DNA of 64,000 nucleotides from Gammaproteobacteria bacterium (GCA_963662545.2 CAXXLL010000002.1:512001-576000); one strand, 5' to 3'. Positions 1 to 10,393 are shown, counted from the stretch's first letter. Numbers and translations are program-made. Notes: a model not told the origin generated them from the sequence alone.

Positions 1-10
1 GGTTTCTAAA

Positions 11-691
11 GTGAGCGAAGTTTCGATCGTCGTTCCGGTGTTGAACGAAGCGGTGTTTATCGCGCCATTTCTGCAGCAGCTTGCGCCGTGGCGCGAGAAG
101 GGCGACGAAATCATCGTCGTCGATGGCGGCAGTACCGATGACACGGTCGAGATCGCAGCACCCCATTGCGATCAATTGATATCTGCCCCGCGCGGACGAG
201 CGCTGCAGTTGAATGCGGGTGCACGCATTGCGCGCGGTGCCATCCTATGGTTTCTGCACGCCGATACAACGCTTGCCAACGGCGTTCGCGATGCCTTGCT
301 GGAAGCCTGCCGACATGCGCGGACCTGGGGCCGTTTCGACCTGCGCATCGATGACGATGGCACTGTATTCCGCGTGATTGAGTCATCGATGAATCTGCGT
401 TCGCGGCTGACCGGGATCGCGACCGGCGATCAAGGCATTTTCGTACGCCGCGAATTGTTCAACGTCGTGGGCGGCTTTCGACCGATCGCGTTGATGGAGG
501 ACGTCGATTTGAGCAAAGCCTTGCGTCGCAAGGCGTGGCCGCGTTGTCTTGGTCGCATGCTTGCGACCTCGCCGCGCCGTTGGCGCGCGAACGGCGTGTT
601 GAAAACGGTGCTGACGATGTGGGGCTTACGGGTGGCGTGGAACGTCGGCGTATCCGCGGACCGACTCGCGCGGATCTACGGTTACCGCTGA
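11..691 (+). CDS. GT2-family glycosyltransferase, TIGR04283-like (rSAM/selenodomain-associated)
   Basis: SIVVPVLNE, VVDGGSTD, GRALQLNAGA, LWFLHADT, GDQGIFVRR, LMEDV and TSPRRW motifs. Confidence 0.85.
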   Translation: MSEVSIVVPVLNEAVFIAPFLQQLAPWREKGDEIIVVDGGSTDDTVEIAAPHCDQLISAPRGRALQLNAGARIARGAILWFLHADTTLANGVRDALLEACRHARTWGRFDLRIDDDGTVFRVIESSMNLRSRLTGIATGDQGIFVRRELFNVVGGFRPIALMEDVDLSKALRRKAWPRCLGRMLATSPRRWRANGVLKTVLTMWGLRVAWNVGVSADRLARIYGYR

Positions 692-705
692 CGGTCGGCG
701 GCCGG

Positions 706-1404
706 ATGTCGTCGAATGACACCATCGCCGAAGAGGTCGCCATCATCGTGTTTGCGCGCCGGCCATCTACCGGTCGGGTCAAGACCCGGCTCGCGCGCTC
801 GATCGGAAAGCGCCGCGCCGCCGCCGTCTATGCCGGACTTCTCGGCCGTACTATCGAGATGGTCGAGGATGCGGCATTCCAACGGCGTTGGCTGATGACG
901 GCAAGCGCGGATGAGGCGCACTATTTCCGCTCGCGTTTCGCGCATCGCGGGTGGCGGGTTCGGACACAGTGCCGTGGTCATCTCGGACGCCGTATGGAAC
1001 GGGCGCTGAAATCAGTGCTGTGCGAAGGGGGTGCGGCCATGCTCATTGGGTCCGACATCGCCGACTTCATCGCTGAGGATCTCGTCGAGGCGCGGTACGC
1101 GCTCGCCGCAGGGGCCGATGCGGTTATTGGCCCCGTGCGGGACGGCGGTTACTGGCTCATTGGCGCATCGCGCGTCATCCACGATGCGTTTTGTCACATT
1201 CCCTGGAGTACGGCGCGTGTATTCGAGCGAACTATCGACCGCTTCAAGCGCCATCGTCTCGAGTGGGTCACGCTCGCTGAGCGGCACGACGTCGATACGC
1301 CCGGCGATCTCCGTTACCTCCTGCCGGGATGCCGCGGTGCTACCACGTTTCAACGCAGCCGATTGTGTTCCCGTTCGAGCCGAGCCACCCAGCGCTCGAT
1401 CTGA
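706..1404 (+). CDS. TIGR04282/DUF2064-like glycosyltransferase (CofC-like fold)
   Basis: IIVFARRP..GRVKTRLA, Q..G.LG.RM, LIGSD, GP..DGGYWLIG, IPWST and DVDTPGDL motifs; ATG at 706 chosen; usual partner of the upstream gene. Confidence 0.8.
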   Translation: MSSNDTIAEEVAIIVFARRPSTGRVKTRLARSIGKRRAAAVYAGLLGRTIEMVEDAAFQRRWLMTASADEAHYFRSRFAHRGWRVRTQCRGHLGRRMERALKSVLCEGGAAMLIGSDIADFIAEDLVEARYALAAGADAVIGPVRDGGYWLIGASRVIHDAFCHIPWSTARVFERTIDRFKRHRLEWVTLAERHDVDTPGDLRYLLPGCRGATTFQRSRLCSRSSRATQRSI

Positions 1405-2102
1405 CGTTCGCTACGCGGATCGAGATCCAGGAAACGTACGCCGACCCTCGGCGCCGCGCGCCGGCGGCTGGGGAAAATGTGGCAGATTTCGATCGCGGCT
1501 TTAACGATGCCGTTGCCGGGAAGTTCGATTTCGCACGTCGCATTGCGCGCATCGTCCGGTTGAAAGACGTTGACCTCGCCGATCAGAAGGCGTGCGGAGA
1601 AACCGCTTGGACAGAGGTCGCGGACTTCGCCGCGGATGGCGGCGCCGTCGCCGCCGTGAATCCGAACCACGACGCACCTGTCCAGGGGCACCGTCACCCG
1701 GTGTTCGCTACGCCGCTGCGGATAATCAATGACGACGGGATAGGGGACTTTATAAAAGGGCAGGCTGTCGACGATGCCTCGCTGGACGATTACGCTGGCG
1801 AACTTGAGATCCATCCGGTTCAAGCGGGTGCGCACCCGAATCCCCGGCAGCGCGGCCGCCTGTTCATCACCATCGTGGGGCGTCAACGCATCCAGCACCA
1901 TGTAGCCGGCTGCGGGCATGAGTTCGACGATGGCCGTCTGGTAGGCTTCCGCGCCACGCTTGAACCGCAGCTCCAACAGGCAATGCCGTTCAAACACCTT
2001 CTTGAGCAGGATGTGGCGGGCGTCGGCGTGACCGATAACGGGTGCTTCGTCAACGGTTACCGCGCCGTCGATCACCTCGAGGTCGCTCAGGCGGTGCAAC
2101 AT
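1350..2102 (-). CDS. ycgR: YcgR-type flagellar brake, PilZ-domain c-di-GMP receptor
   Basis: QRRSEHRV (RxxxR) and DLCPSG (DxSxxG variant); directly downstream of flgN. Confidence 0.8.
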   Translation of the reverse strand: MLHRLSDLEVIDGAVTVDEAPVIGHADARHILLKKVFERHCLLELRFKRGAEAYQTAIVELMPAAGYMVLDALTPHDGDEQAAALPGIRVRTRLNRMDLKFASVIVQRGIVDSLPFYKVPYPVVIDYPQRRSEHRVTVPLDRCVVVRIHGGDGAAIRGEVRDLCPSGFSARLLIGEVNVFQPDDARNATCEIELPGNGIVKAAIEICHIFPSRRRAAPRVGVRFLDLDPRSERQIERWVARLEREHNRLR

Positions 2103-2142
2103 GTGAAGGAGATCGCGGCGGGGTTGGGCTAAGGCGGGAGTT

Positions 2143-2568
2143 TCAGGCCTGACCGACGCTGCGTACGGCTTCTACCTGGTCGAGGCGGCCACCGGCGTCA
2201 TAAGTGCGTTGCTCTCGCGACACGCCGTAGAGGGTGTCAAGCAGGTTTGAGACCAGGCGTCGGTTCAATGCGATGGCACCACCGTTCGCGCGATTTGCCA
2301 TCTGGCAGTCGCGGGCAAGTGCTTGCAGTTCGGGCCAATCGCCAGCGATATCCGCGCCTTCTTCCGCGTCACGCGAGCGACGAATTGAATGCGCTGCGGA
2401 TTCGAGCGCTGCGACAATTGTCGATTTGTGCGCGGCTGTCGCTTCGAGGCGCTCGACGTCACGCGTGCGCAACGCGTCGAACTCTTCGGACAGTACGCCG
2501 GACATCTCCGCCATAAGGGCCTCGACGGTTTCCTTCGAAGGCGCAAGCCCGTTCGATTTCGGCGTCAC
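2143..2568 (-). CDS. flgN: Flagellar export chaperone FlgN
   Basis: Helical protein with C..AN.ANG and TY.A.G motifs; overlaps the flgM stop. Confidence 0.85.
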   Translation of the reverse strand: MTPKSNGLAPSKETVEALMAEMSGVLSEEFDALRTRDVERLEATAAHKSTIVAALESAAHSIRRSRDAEEGADIAGDWPELQALARDCQMANRANGGAIALNRRLVSNLLDTLYGVSREQRTYDAGGRLDQVEAVRSVGQA

Positions 2569-2882
2569 GGCTCGCGGCCCTTGGCGCTTATCAGCGCTTC
2601 GAAGGCGGTGAGTTTGTCGGCGATCACCCGTTCATCGATACCATAGCTGCCGCTTTCGATGGATTTTCTGAGTTCGGCCACCTTGGCCTGGTCGACGATG
2701 GGCAGCTTGTCGAGCGAATCGGTAAGGCGCTTCAGGCGGGCGGAGAGGTCGGTCAAGCTGACGACCTCCGATGTTTGCGCGGCTCCGCCTTGCGGTAATT
2801 CGTCGGCTCTACCGACGTTGCGTAAAGTCGGTTTGGGCGGTGTGATCGAATGTGATCCCGGACCTTTTACCTCTGTAACCAT
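2565..2882 (-). CDS. flgM: Anti-sigma28 factor FlgM
   Basis: VSLT...VDQAKVAELRKSIESGSY.ID..IADKL signature. Confidence 0.92.
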   Translation of the reverse strand: MVTEVKGPGSHSITPPKPTLRNVGRADELPQGGAAQTSEVVSLTDLSARLKRLTDSLDKLPIVDQAKVAELRKSIESGSYGIDERVIADKLTAFEALISAKGREP

Positions 2883-2913
2883 GTGTATCGTATCCTGATT
2901 TTTCCTGGTACGT

Positions 2914-2940
2914 TTAGCGGATTGGTCTTCATAAACTTTA
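2914..2940 (-). promoter_or_regulatory. sigma28 (FliA) promoter of flgM-flgN-ycgR
   Basis: Minus strand TAAAGTTT-N11-TCCGCTAA versus consensus TAAAGTTT-N11-GCCGATAA. Confidence 0.75.
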
Positions 2941-2969
2941 GTCTAGCGTATTAATTCGTGACCCGTGTC

Positions 2970-3707
2970 TCAGTTTCCGGCCCGCGCGGTTTGCTGCGGG
3001 GCGAATTGTATGGCGCCACCGGTATTGACGACGACCATGCCACGCGCCGAAACGACGCCCTCGACGATCCGATCGGAATTAAGGTTTCTGACCGATATCC
3101 AGTCGCCCTCGGCACCGTCTTCCAATGCTTTGCCGCTCATCCGGACGCTGATTGCCCGGTTGCCGCTGGACAGTACGACGCGCTGTCCCCGCCGGACGAG
3201 CTGCGGCCGCTCGAGGAGGTGAGATTGCAGCGCCTGGCCTGCGGGAATGATGCGCAGCGCGATCTGCCCCGTTACCCGATCGGGTTCGGTGAGATAGTCC
3301 TGGTGTGCTGCCGACAGTTTGCGGCGTTCGAGCTTCAGATCGGATGCGTCGATCACCACACCTCTCGCAATGGGCCGTGTAGCGACGACAATCTCAGCAT
3401 AGCGTGCGAGGTTAACAGAGACGTAAAGCGACCAAGGTTTCGTGCCCTCGCACCGCACCTCCACGGAGTTCGCGCCTGAATTGCGCCGATCGTGGGTGAA
3501 GCGCGCGCCGAGAGGCTGCTCGCACGCGGGCAGCCGCAGTCTGGGGTCGAGTCGGCCGACGGCGATTTCAACGTCTTCGTCCATTGGCATCGTCGCCGCG
3601 ACGTATTCTCTGACGGTCTTGTCGATCGCTTGGAGGGACTGCACAGCTGCTAGCGCGTCGCCGGCCAGGATCGCGATGAAGATGAACAGCGCAATACGGG
3701 GGGTTAT
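2970..3707 (-). CDS. flgA: P-ring assembly chaperone FlgA (apparent ATA start)
   Basis: LDPRLRLPAC, V.C.G..PW.LYV, SAF domain, V.RGQ.V and G.ALEDG..G..I.VRN..S motifs; signal peptide begins at an in-frame ATA (3707) 8 nt after GGAG. Confidence 0.88.
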   Translation of the reverse strand: MTPRIALFIFIAILAGDALAAVQSLQAIDKTVREYVAATMPMDEDVEIAVGRLDPRLRLPACEQPLGARFTHDRRNSGANSVEVRCEGTKPWSLYVSVNLARYAEIVVATRPIARGVVIDASDLKLERRKLSAAHQDYLTEPDRVTGQIALRIIPAGQALQSHLLERPQLVRRGQRVVLSSGNRAISVRMSGKALEDGAEGDWISVRNLNSDRIVEGVVSARGMVVVNTGGAIQFAPQQTARAGN

Positions 3708-3745
3708 AGTGGGTGCTCCGCAACGTGAATGACGCCGTAGTCATA

Positions 3746-3761
3746 TGCAAGCAGCATGCCG
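3746..3761 (-). promoter_or_regulatory. sigma54 promoter of flgA
   Basis: Minus strand CGGCATGCTGCTTGCA, GG-N10-GC. Confidence 0.65.
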
Positions 3762-3928
3762 AGTCCAAAGCGCTGGCTGGCCTCTGGATTCGTGCGAATC
3801 GTAGCGGGCGCAATCATGCCGCTCCCACGACAGGATTGCCGCTTTTACCGGCAGCGCCTTGCCGCATGGAACGGTGCGGCCACTCATTTTTTCGTGCAAA
3901 GCCCTAAATATCAGCTCCTCGACGCGGT

Positions 3929-3944
3929 TGGCACAACTTTCGCA
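3929..3944 (+). promoter_or_regulatory. sigma54 promoter of the flgB operon
   Basis: TGGCACAACTTTCGCA, GG-N10-GC, ~40 nt upstream of flgB. Confidence 0.7.
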
Positions 3945-3981
3945 GGCAAGCGGGTGAATTTATCGATTGGAGATCCGACGT

Positions 3982-4371
3982 ATGCCGTCTTTCGCCGATG
4001 CCATGGGTATTCATCTGCAAGCTGTCACCCTGCGCGCACAGCGCGCCGAAATCCTGGCGACCAATCTCGCCAACGCGGATACGCCGGGTTATCAGGCGCG
4101 TGATATCGATTTCCGTCAGATCTTGAACCGCTACGCCGATCCGACAGGTCTACGCGTGAGTCACCCGCGTCATCTCGATGGCGTGACCGATGGTGATGGC
4201 CGTTACGCACTGCGTTATCGGCAGCCGTCCCAGGCCTCACTCGATCAAAACACTGTTGACGTGCAGGCGGAACGCGCCGCCTTCCTCGACAACTCGCTCA
4301 GGTACCAGGCCAGTATCACCTTTCTCAACGGTCGACTCACGGGTCTCGTGTCGGCACTGCGCGGAGAATAA
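3982..4371 (+). CDS. flgB: Basal-body rod protein FlgB
   Basis: RAEILATNLANADTPGYQARDIDF, DQNTVD. Confidence 0.95.
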   Translation: MPSFADAMGIHLQAVTLRAQRAEILATNLANADTPGYQARDIDFRQILNRYADPTGLRVSHPRHLDGVTDGDGRYALRYRQPSQASLDQNTVDVQAERAAFLDNSLRYQASITFLNGRLTGLVSALRGE

Positions 4372-4374
4372 TCC

Positions 4375-4794
4375 ATGTCTCTATTTCGCGTATTCGACAT
4401 CGCCGCGACGGCGCTGAACGCACAGTCCGTGCGTATGAACACGACCGCGAGCAACATGGCGAATGCCAACAGCGCGAGCAGCAGCAGCGGCGCGACCTAT
4501 CGCGCCCGCAATCCGATCTTCACGCCGCTGCTCATCGACGAGTTCGGCATGCAGGGGACGACAGTCGGTGGCGTCAAAATCGACGGCATCGTCGAGAGTG
4601 AAGCACCGCTCAAGCGCGAATACCACCCGCAACATCCGATGGCCGATCAGGAAGGATATGTTTTCCTGCCCAACGTCAATGTCATCGAGGAAATGGCCAA
4701 TATGATTTCGGCCTCGCGCAGTTACCAGACCAATATCGAAGTCATCGAAGCATCCAAACGCATGCTTCAGCAGACCCTGGCGCTCGGCCAGTAA
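4375..4794 (+). CDS. flgC: Basal-body rod protein FlgC
   Basis: AQSVRMNTTASNMANA, HPMAD..GYV..PNVN..EEM.NMISASRSYQ. Confidence 0.96.
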   Translation: MSLFRVFDIAATALNAQSVRMNTTASNMANANSASSSSGATYRARNPIFTPLLIDEFGMQGTTVGGVKIDGIVESEAPLKREYHPQHPMADQEGYVFLPNVNVIEEMANMISASRSYQTNIEVIEASKRMLQQTLALGQ

Positions 4795-4810
4795 CAGGGG
4801 GATAGACGCA

Positions 4811-5482
4811 ATGGATAAACCTTCCGGCATTCTGCCCTCGGGATTGGACCAGTTCCGCCTCACCGAAACCGAACCGGCCAAATCGAAAGAATTGGGCCAG
4901 GATCAATTTTTCAAATTGATGGTGACGCAATTACAGAACCAGGATCCTTTCAAGCCGATGGAAAGCGGCGATTTCCTGGGTCAGATAGCCCAGTTCAGCA
5001 CCGTCAGTGGGATCAGCGCACTACAGCAGTCATTTGCGACACTGGCTTCGACCTTGCAATCCAGCCAGGCCTTGCAGGCATCGACCATGGTGGGACGCGA
5101 AGTGGTGGTGCCGCGCGACACGGTGCAATTCAGTGGCGAGGACGTAGCCCTTGCGGCGATGCTTCCGTCCGCTGCCACCTACGTCAAGCTCACCGTTACC
5201 GACGGCGCCGGTCAAGTGGTCCGACAAGTGCTGCTCGGACCGCAAGACGCCGGCACCCTGGGCTACGTGTGGGACGGATCGAATGATCAAGGCGGTGCCG
5301 CCGCGTCCGGTGCCTATATGGTCCGCTTCGAAGCGACCATCGACGGCCGGATCCAGGCCCTGGACACCGCCGTGCGCGCCCGCGTCGACAGCGTCACCCT
5401 GTCCAAGAGCGGGCTTGCGCCGACACTGAATCTCGATGGTCTGGGTGCCGTCGAAATGAGCGAAGTCATCGAAATCCTGTAG
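4811..5482 (+). CDS. flgD: Hook-capping protein FlgD
   Basis: LGQDQFFKLMVTQLQNQDP..PM...F..Q.AQFS; WDG in Ig domain. Confidence 0.95.
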   Translation: MDKPSGILPSGLDQFRLTETEPAKSKELGQDQFFKLMVTQLQNQDPFKPMESGDFLGQIAQFSTVSGISALQQSFATLASTLQSSQALQASTMVGREVVVPRDTVQFSGEDVALAAMLPSAATYVKLTVTDGAGQVVRQVLLGPQDAGTLGYVWDGSNDQGGAAASGAYMVRFEATIDGRIQALDTAVRARVDSVTLSKSGLAPTLNLDGLGAVEMSEVIEIL

Positions 5483-5509
5483 ATAAAATCAGAATCAGGA
5501 GAGTGAGTT

Positions 5510-6724
5510 ATGCCTTTCAAGACAGCCATTAGCGGACTTCAGGCGGCGCAAATCGACCTGAATGTCATCGGTAACAACGTTGCCAATTCCAACACCACGG
5601 GTTTCAAACGATCCCGTGCAGAGTTCCGCGACGTGTATGCCGTGTCGAACCTTGGCACGTCCACCAACGACGCAGGACGCGGTGTCGATACCTCGCGTAT
5701 CGCCCAGCAGTTCGATCAGGGCAATATCACTTTTACCGACAACCCGCTCGACCTTGCGGTCAGCGGTCAGGGTCTCTTTATGCTCGATGATAACGGCGTG
5801 CGGTCGTATACGCGCGACGGTACCTTTGGACTCAATCGGGACGGCTACATCGTGGATGCGTCCGATCGGCGCCTGGTCACCTACGGCGTTGACGCCTCGG
5901 GTAACATCACCGGGGCGCTCGGCCCGCTGCAGTTATCGCAGGCGAACAATCCACCGCAAGCATCCTCCGCAGTGGACGTCGGCGCGAATTTCGATGCCAA
6001 CGCCACGCCTCCCGCCATCGCCGTGTTCGATCCCACCGATGCCAATAGTTTCAACGATACGACGGCGATGAGTATTTTCGATTCGCAGGGTGGTTCGCAT
6101 CTCATGCAGATGTATTTTATACGCGACGCGGCGGTCAATACCTGGCAGATGCACAGCTACGTGGACGGTACGGCCGTCGCCGGCCCGGACACGCTCGTCT
6201 TCGACGGTGCCGGCCTGCTGACGACGCCGGCCTCCGGCAGTTTCACCTTGCCGGCGTTTACCCCGACGCCCGGCGTCAATCCGATCAATCTCACCGTGTC
6301 GGTTGGCACCTCGACCATGTTCGGTGCGCCATTTGGCGTGAGCCTGCTGACGCAGGACGGCTACACCACCGGGCGTCTCGCGGGCCTCGATATCGATAGC
6401 GAGGGCATTGTGCTCGCGCGTTTCCCCAACGGACAATCAGAAGTACAGGGGCAGGTTGCGCTGGCGAATTTTCCAAACCAACAGGGCCTCCAATCGATGG
6501 GCGACAATGCGTGGGCCGCGACCTTCAGCGCCGGGCTCGTGCTCGAAGGCAAACCCGGCACCTCGAGCCTCGGCCTTATCCAGGGCGGTGCGCTCGAGGA
6601 CTCGAACGTCGACCTATCTGAGGAATTGGTCGGCCTCATCATCGCGCAGCGTAATTTTCAGGCCAATACCGAAGTGATTTCAACGGCGGATGCCATCATC
6701 CAGGCGGTGATGAACATCCGTTAA
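5510..6724 (+). CDS. flgE: Hook protein FlgE
   Basis: SGL.AA..L.VIGNNVANSNT.GFK, LE.SNVDL.EELV.LI.AQRNFQAN. Confidence 0.96.
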   Translation: MPFKTAISGLQAAQIDLNVIGNNVANSNTTGFKRSRAEFRDVYAVSNLGTSTNDAGRGVDTSRIAQQFDQGNITFTDNPLDLAVSGQGLFMLDDNGVRSYTRDGTFGLNRDGYIVDASDRRLVTYGVDASGNITGALGPLQLSQANNPPQASSAVDVGANFDANATPPAIAVFDPTDANSFNDTTAMSIFDSQGGSHLMQMYFIRDAAVNTWQMHSYVDGTAVAGPDTLVFDGAGLLTTPASGSFTLPAFTPTPGVNPINLTVSVGTSTMFGAPFGVSLLTQDGYTTGRLAGLDIDSEGIVLARFPNGQSEVQGQVALANFPNQQGLQSMGDNAWAATFSAGLVLEGKPGTSSLGLIQGGALEDSNVDLSEELVGLIIAQRNFQANTEVISTADAIIQAVMNIR

Positions 6725-6764
6725 CGCCCGCCGTTGAACGAATCGCCAATACGAGGAACCCTTA

Positions 6765-6923
6765 GTGCGCCGTCCCGCAAATATCTTTCATAATCCGCCG
6801 GTCTTTTTCGCTCCTGGCGGCGTTGCTCGTCCTTGTGTAGAGCCTGCCACACGGCGTCCTCGCGCCTTGCCAGGAACGAAAAATCCGGCGCAACTTACGC
6901 AAGCTATTTGCGGGACGGCACAC
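6765..6923. mobile_element. ~160-bp MITE with ISNCY-like ends inserted upstream of flgF
   Basis: Terminal inverted repeats (TTA)GTGCGCCGTCCCGCAAATA ... TATTTGCGGGACGGCACAC(TAA), internal inverted repeat, TA on both flanks. Confidence 0.7.
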
Positions 6924-6926
6924 TAA

Positions 6927-7670
6927 ATGGATCGCATGATTTATCTCGCCATGTCTGCGGCCAAGCAGACGATGACTGCGCAGGCCTTGGCCACGCACAA
7001 TCTGGCGAATGCGAACACGACCGGGTTCAAGGCGGATTTCGAGGCGTTTCGAGCCATGCCTATGGCCGGCCCCGGATACGCATCGCGCGCCTTTGCCCTA
7101 ATCGAACGCCCCGGAACGAATTTTGCGCCGGGCTCGATCGAGACCACGGGTAACGAACTCGACGTCGCGATCAACGGCGACGGGTTCATCGCCGTGCTTG
7201 CGGCCGATGGAACTGAGGCCTATACCCGGGCCGGGGACCTGCAGCTGACCGTCAACGGGCAATTGCAGACCGGCACCGGCTTGCCCGTACTCGGCAACGG
7301 CGGACCCATCGCCCTGCCGCAGTCGGAAACCATCGCCATCGGGGTCGACGGTACGATCTCGATAAGGCCGCTCGGCCAGGAGGCGAATACGCTGGCGCAG
7401 ATCGACCGCATCAAGCTGGTCAAGCCCGATCTCCGGCAATTGATCAAGAGCGGCGACGGCCTGCTGCGTTTACGTGACGGCGCCAACCTGCCTGCCGACG
7501 GCAGTGTGCGCCTGACGGCCGGTGCACTGGAGGGCAGCAATGTCAACGTGGTACAGCAGATGGTGAACATGATCAAACATGCACGCGCCTATGAAATGGC
7601 CGTCAAGGCCATGAACACGGCGCAGCAAATGGATGCGGCGGGCGCGCGCTTACTTAACCTCGGCGGCTGA
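6927..7670 (+). CDS. flgF: Basal-body rod protein FlgF
   Basis: MDRMIYLAMS.AKQ...NLANANT.GFKAD, YTRAG, LEGSNVN. Confidence 0.95.
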   Translation: MDRMIYLAMSAAKQTMTAQALATHNLANANTTGFKADFEAFRAMPMAGPGYASRAFALIERPGTNFAPGSIETTGNELDVAINGDGFIAVLAADGTEAYTRAGDLQLTVNGQLQTGTGLPVLGNGGPIALPQSETIAIGVDGTISIRPLGQEANTLAQIDRIKLVKPDLRQLIKSGDGLLRLRDGANLPADGSVRLTAGALEGSNVNVVQQMVNMIKHARAYEMAVKAMNTAQQMDAAGARLLNLGG

Positions 7671-7704
7671 CCACAAACTTTCCAACTTTCGCTAGGACTT
7701 GCAC

Positions 7705-8490
7705 ATGTCATCAGCACTGGATATTGCACAATCGGGACTCGACGCGCAGCAAACGCGCCTCTCGGTCATTTCAAACAATCTCGCCAATGTCGCAACCACC
7801 GGCTTCAAAAAAGGCCGTGCGGTGTTCGAAGACCTGCTGTACGAAACGATCACGCAACCGGGTGCGGATTCCTCGGAGAGCACGGAGCTACCGTCGGGCC
7901 TGATGCTTGGCACGGGCGTGCGTACGGTGGCGACCTCGAAGATCTTTACCCAGGGAACCCTTTCCCAAACCGACAACACCCTCGACGTCGCGATACAAGG
8001 GCGCGGATTTCTGCAGATCCTGATGCCGGATGGCTCGACCGCTTATACCCGCGACGGATCCCTGTCGATGAATTCGCAGGGCCAGGTGGTCACGTCGACG
8101 GGGTATGAAATTGACCCGGGCATCACCATTCCGACCGAAACGCTGTCGGTAACCATTGGCACCGACGGCACGATTTCAGCGTTGACGGCGGGCAGCAACG
8201 CCCCCACCCAGATAGGCAACCTCCAGCTCGCGGATTTCATCAATCCACAAGGGTTGCAGCCGATCGGACAAAACCTGTTCAAGGAAACCGTCGCGAGCGG
8301 CACGCCGCAGACCGGGAATCCCGGACTCAACGGTCTGGGAACCCTGATTCAGGGCTCGGTGGAATCGTCCAACGTCAACGTGGTCGAGGAATTGGTGAAC
8401 ATGATCGAGACGCAGCGCGCCTATGAAATGAATGCAAAGGCGATCCAGACAATCGACGAAATGCTGCAGTTCGTGACTCAGACACTATAG
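7705..8490 (+). CDS. flgG: Distal rod protein FlgG
   Basis: [51 protein letters not shown]. Confidence 0.96.
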   Translation: MSSALDIAQSGLDAQQTRLSVISNNLANVATTGFKKGRAVFEDLLYETITQPGADSSESTELPSGLMLGTGVRTVATSKIFTQGTLSQTDNTLDVAIQGRGFLQILMPDGSTAYTRDGSLSMNSQGQVVTSTGYEIDPGITIPTETLSVTIGTDGTISALTAGSNAPTQIGNLQLADFINPQGLQPIGQNLFKETVASGTPQTGNPGLNGLGTLIQGSVESSNVNVVEELVNMIETQRAYEMNAKAIQTIDEMLQFVTQTL

Positions 8491-8510
8491 ATTGAACCGA
8501 GGAACCAGGC

Positions 8511-9236
8511 GTGACCATGTACGATAGGGCAGCGGGCTTTTTTCTTCTGGCAGCGTGCGTCGCAGCACTGAGTGCCTGCAATTCGACACCGCGACGCGAT
8601 CCGGAATTCGCCGCCTCTTATCCCGCGGCTCACGAAGATCCGGTGCGTGCGCAGGCAGCATCCGGATCGATTTTCCAGACCGGCTATGACATTGCGCTTT
8701 TTGAGGACATAAAAGCGCGGCGGATTGGTGATATTTTAACCATTGTCCTGACCGAATCGACTAACGCGCAGAAGTCCTCTGATACGACCATCAGACGTGA
8801 ACACAGCTCCTCCATCACCAACCCGACGCTCCTCGGCACGACGCCACAGTTCGATCTGCCCGGCTTGTTACCGCTCGCCAACACCGAGAACAACTCGCTC
8901 GAAACGAGCCTCGCAGCGGAGCATGATTTCGGCGGTGAATCGGAGTCCGGTCTCAGCAATTCGCTCACCGGACAAATTACCGTCACCGTCGCCGATGTGT
9001 TGCCTAACGGAAATCTCGTGGTGCGCGGCGAGAAACGACTCAACATCAACCAGGGCAACGAGTACGTGAAGATCGTAGGCATCGTACGCCCCGTGGATAT
9101 CGCGGCCGACAACACGGTACCGTCGACCAGGGTTGCCGACGCCACCATCGTCTATAACGGCGACGGCGCGACGGCGGATGCGAATCGCATGGGTTGGCTT
9201 TCACGCTTCTTCGTCAGCGCCGTTTTTCCCTTCTGA
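8511..9236 (+). CDS. flgH: L-ring lipoprotein FlgH
   Basis: Lipobox [37 protein letters not shown]. Confidence 0.95.
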   Translation: MTMYDRAAGFFLLAACVAALSACNSTPRRDPEFAASYPAAHEDPVRAQAASGSIFQTGYDIALFEDIKARRIGDILTIVLTESTNAQKSSDTTIRREHSSSITNPTLLGTTPQFDLPGLLPLANTENNSLETSLAAEHDFGGESESGLSNSLTGQITVTVADVLPNGNLVVRGEKRLNINQGNEYVKIVGIVRPVDIAADNTVPSTRVADATIVYNGDGATADANRMGWLSRFFVSAVFPF

Positions 9237-9289
9237 ATCAATCCAAGCAAACGCGTCCGCACCATCGCGCGCATTATGGAGCTACGAAG

Positions 9290-10393
9290 ATGCATAGCTT
9301 AAGAACACTGATATTCATCACTCTCCTCGGCGCCTCTCTCGTCGCATCCGCGGAGCGCATTAAGGACCTCGCGCGGGTCGCCGGCGTGCGCGACAACCAG
9401 CTCGCCGGATACGGCGTGGTCTTCGGATTAGACGGTACGGGCGATCAGACTTCGCAGACGCAGTTCACGGTGCAAAGCATCCGGAACATGTTGAACCGGC
9501 TGGGCATCACCCTGCCGCCGACGGCCAATCCGCAGCTCAAGAATGTCGCGGCCGTGGTGGTGCATGCGACCTTGCCGCCTTTTGCCAAACCGGGCGCGAC
9601 TATCGACGTCACGGTATCGTCGATCGGCAACGCCAAAAGCCTGCGTGGCGGCAGCCTCTTGATGACACCCTTGAAGGGCGCGGACGGCCGTGTCTATGCG
9701 ATGGCGCAGGGCAATCTCGTCGTCGGCGGCTTCGGTGCTTCCTCCGACGACGGCTCGAGCATCACCGTCAACGTGCCGAGCGTTGGGCGAATTCCGAATG
9801 GCGCCACCGTTGAGCGTGAAGTCGTGACGCCGTTTTTGAGCGGCGACTCCCTGACGCTCAACCTGCATCGCACCGACTTCACCACGGCTACGCGGGTCGT
9901 ACAAGCGATCGACGATGCGCTCGGATCGAATTCGGCGGTCGCGATCGACGGCAACTCCGTGCGCGTCGTGGCGCCGGCCGATCCTGCGCAGCGCGTCGCT
10001 TTCGTGGCGATAGTCGAGAACATCGAGGTCAATCCGGGCGACGCGCCGGCCAGAATCGTGGTCAATTCGCGCACTGGAACCATCGTGATCGGCGCCCGAG
10101 TGCTGGTCTCGCCTGCCGCCGTCACCCACGGCAGCCTGTCCGTCACGATCAGCAACAACCCCATCGTAAGCCAGCCGGCGCCGCTGGCAGGCGGCCAGAC
10201 GGTGGTCGTGCCAAGGCAGGACATCGACGTCGAGCAGGAAGCTAACCGTATGTTCCTGTTCAATCCCGGCGTCTCGTTGGAGGAAATCGTGCAGGCGGTC
10301 AACGGCGTCGGCGCGGCGCCCGGTGATCTCGTCGCGATCCTCGAAGCCCTCAAGGAAGCCGGCGCGCTGCACGCCGAACTCATCATCATTTGA
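9290..10393 (+). CDS. flgI: P-ring protein FlgI
   Basis: ERIKDLA...[30 protein letters not shown]-terminal AGALHAEL; ATG at 9290 gives a signal peptide. Confidence 0.96.
   Translation: MHSLRTLIFITLLGASLVASAERIKDLARVAGVRDNQLAGYGVVFGLDGTGDQTSQTQFTVQSIRNMLNRLGITLPPTANPQLKNVAAVVVHATLPPFAKPGATIDVTVSSIGNAKSLRGGSLLMTPLKGADGRVYAMAQGNLVVGGFGASSDDGSSITVNVPSVGRIPNGATVEREVVTPFLSGDSLTLNLHRTDFTTATRVVQAIDDALGSNSAVAIDGNSVRVVAPADPAQRVAFVAIVENIEVNPGDAPARIVVNSRTGTIVIGARVLVSPAAVTHGSLSVTISNNPIVSQPAPLAGGQTVVVPRQDIDVEQEANRMFLFNPGVSLEEIVQAVNGVGAAPGDLVAILEALKEAGALHAELIII

Noticed and set aside
6886-6901. GG-N10-GC sigma54-like motif upstream of flgF
   Set aside because: Lies inside the MITE and lacks the TGGCAC/TTGC context; likely chance
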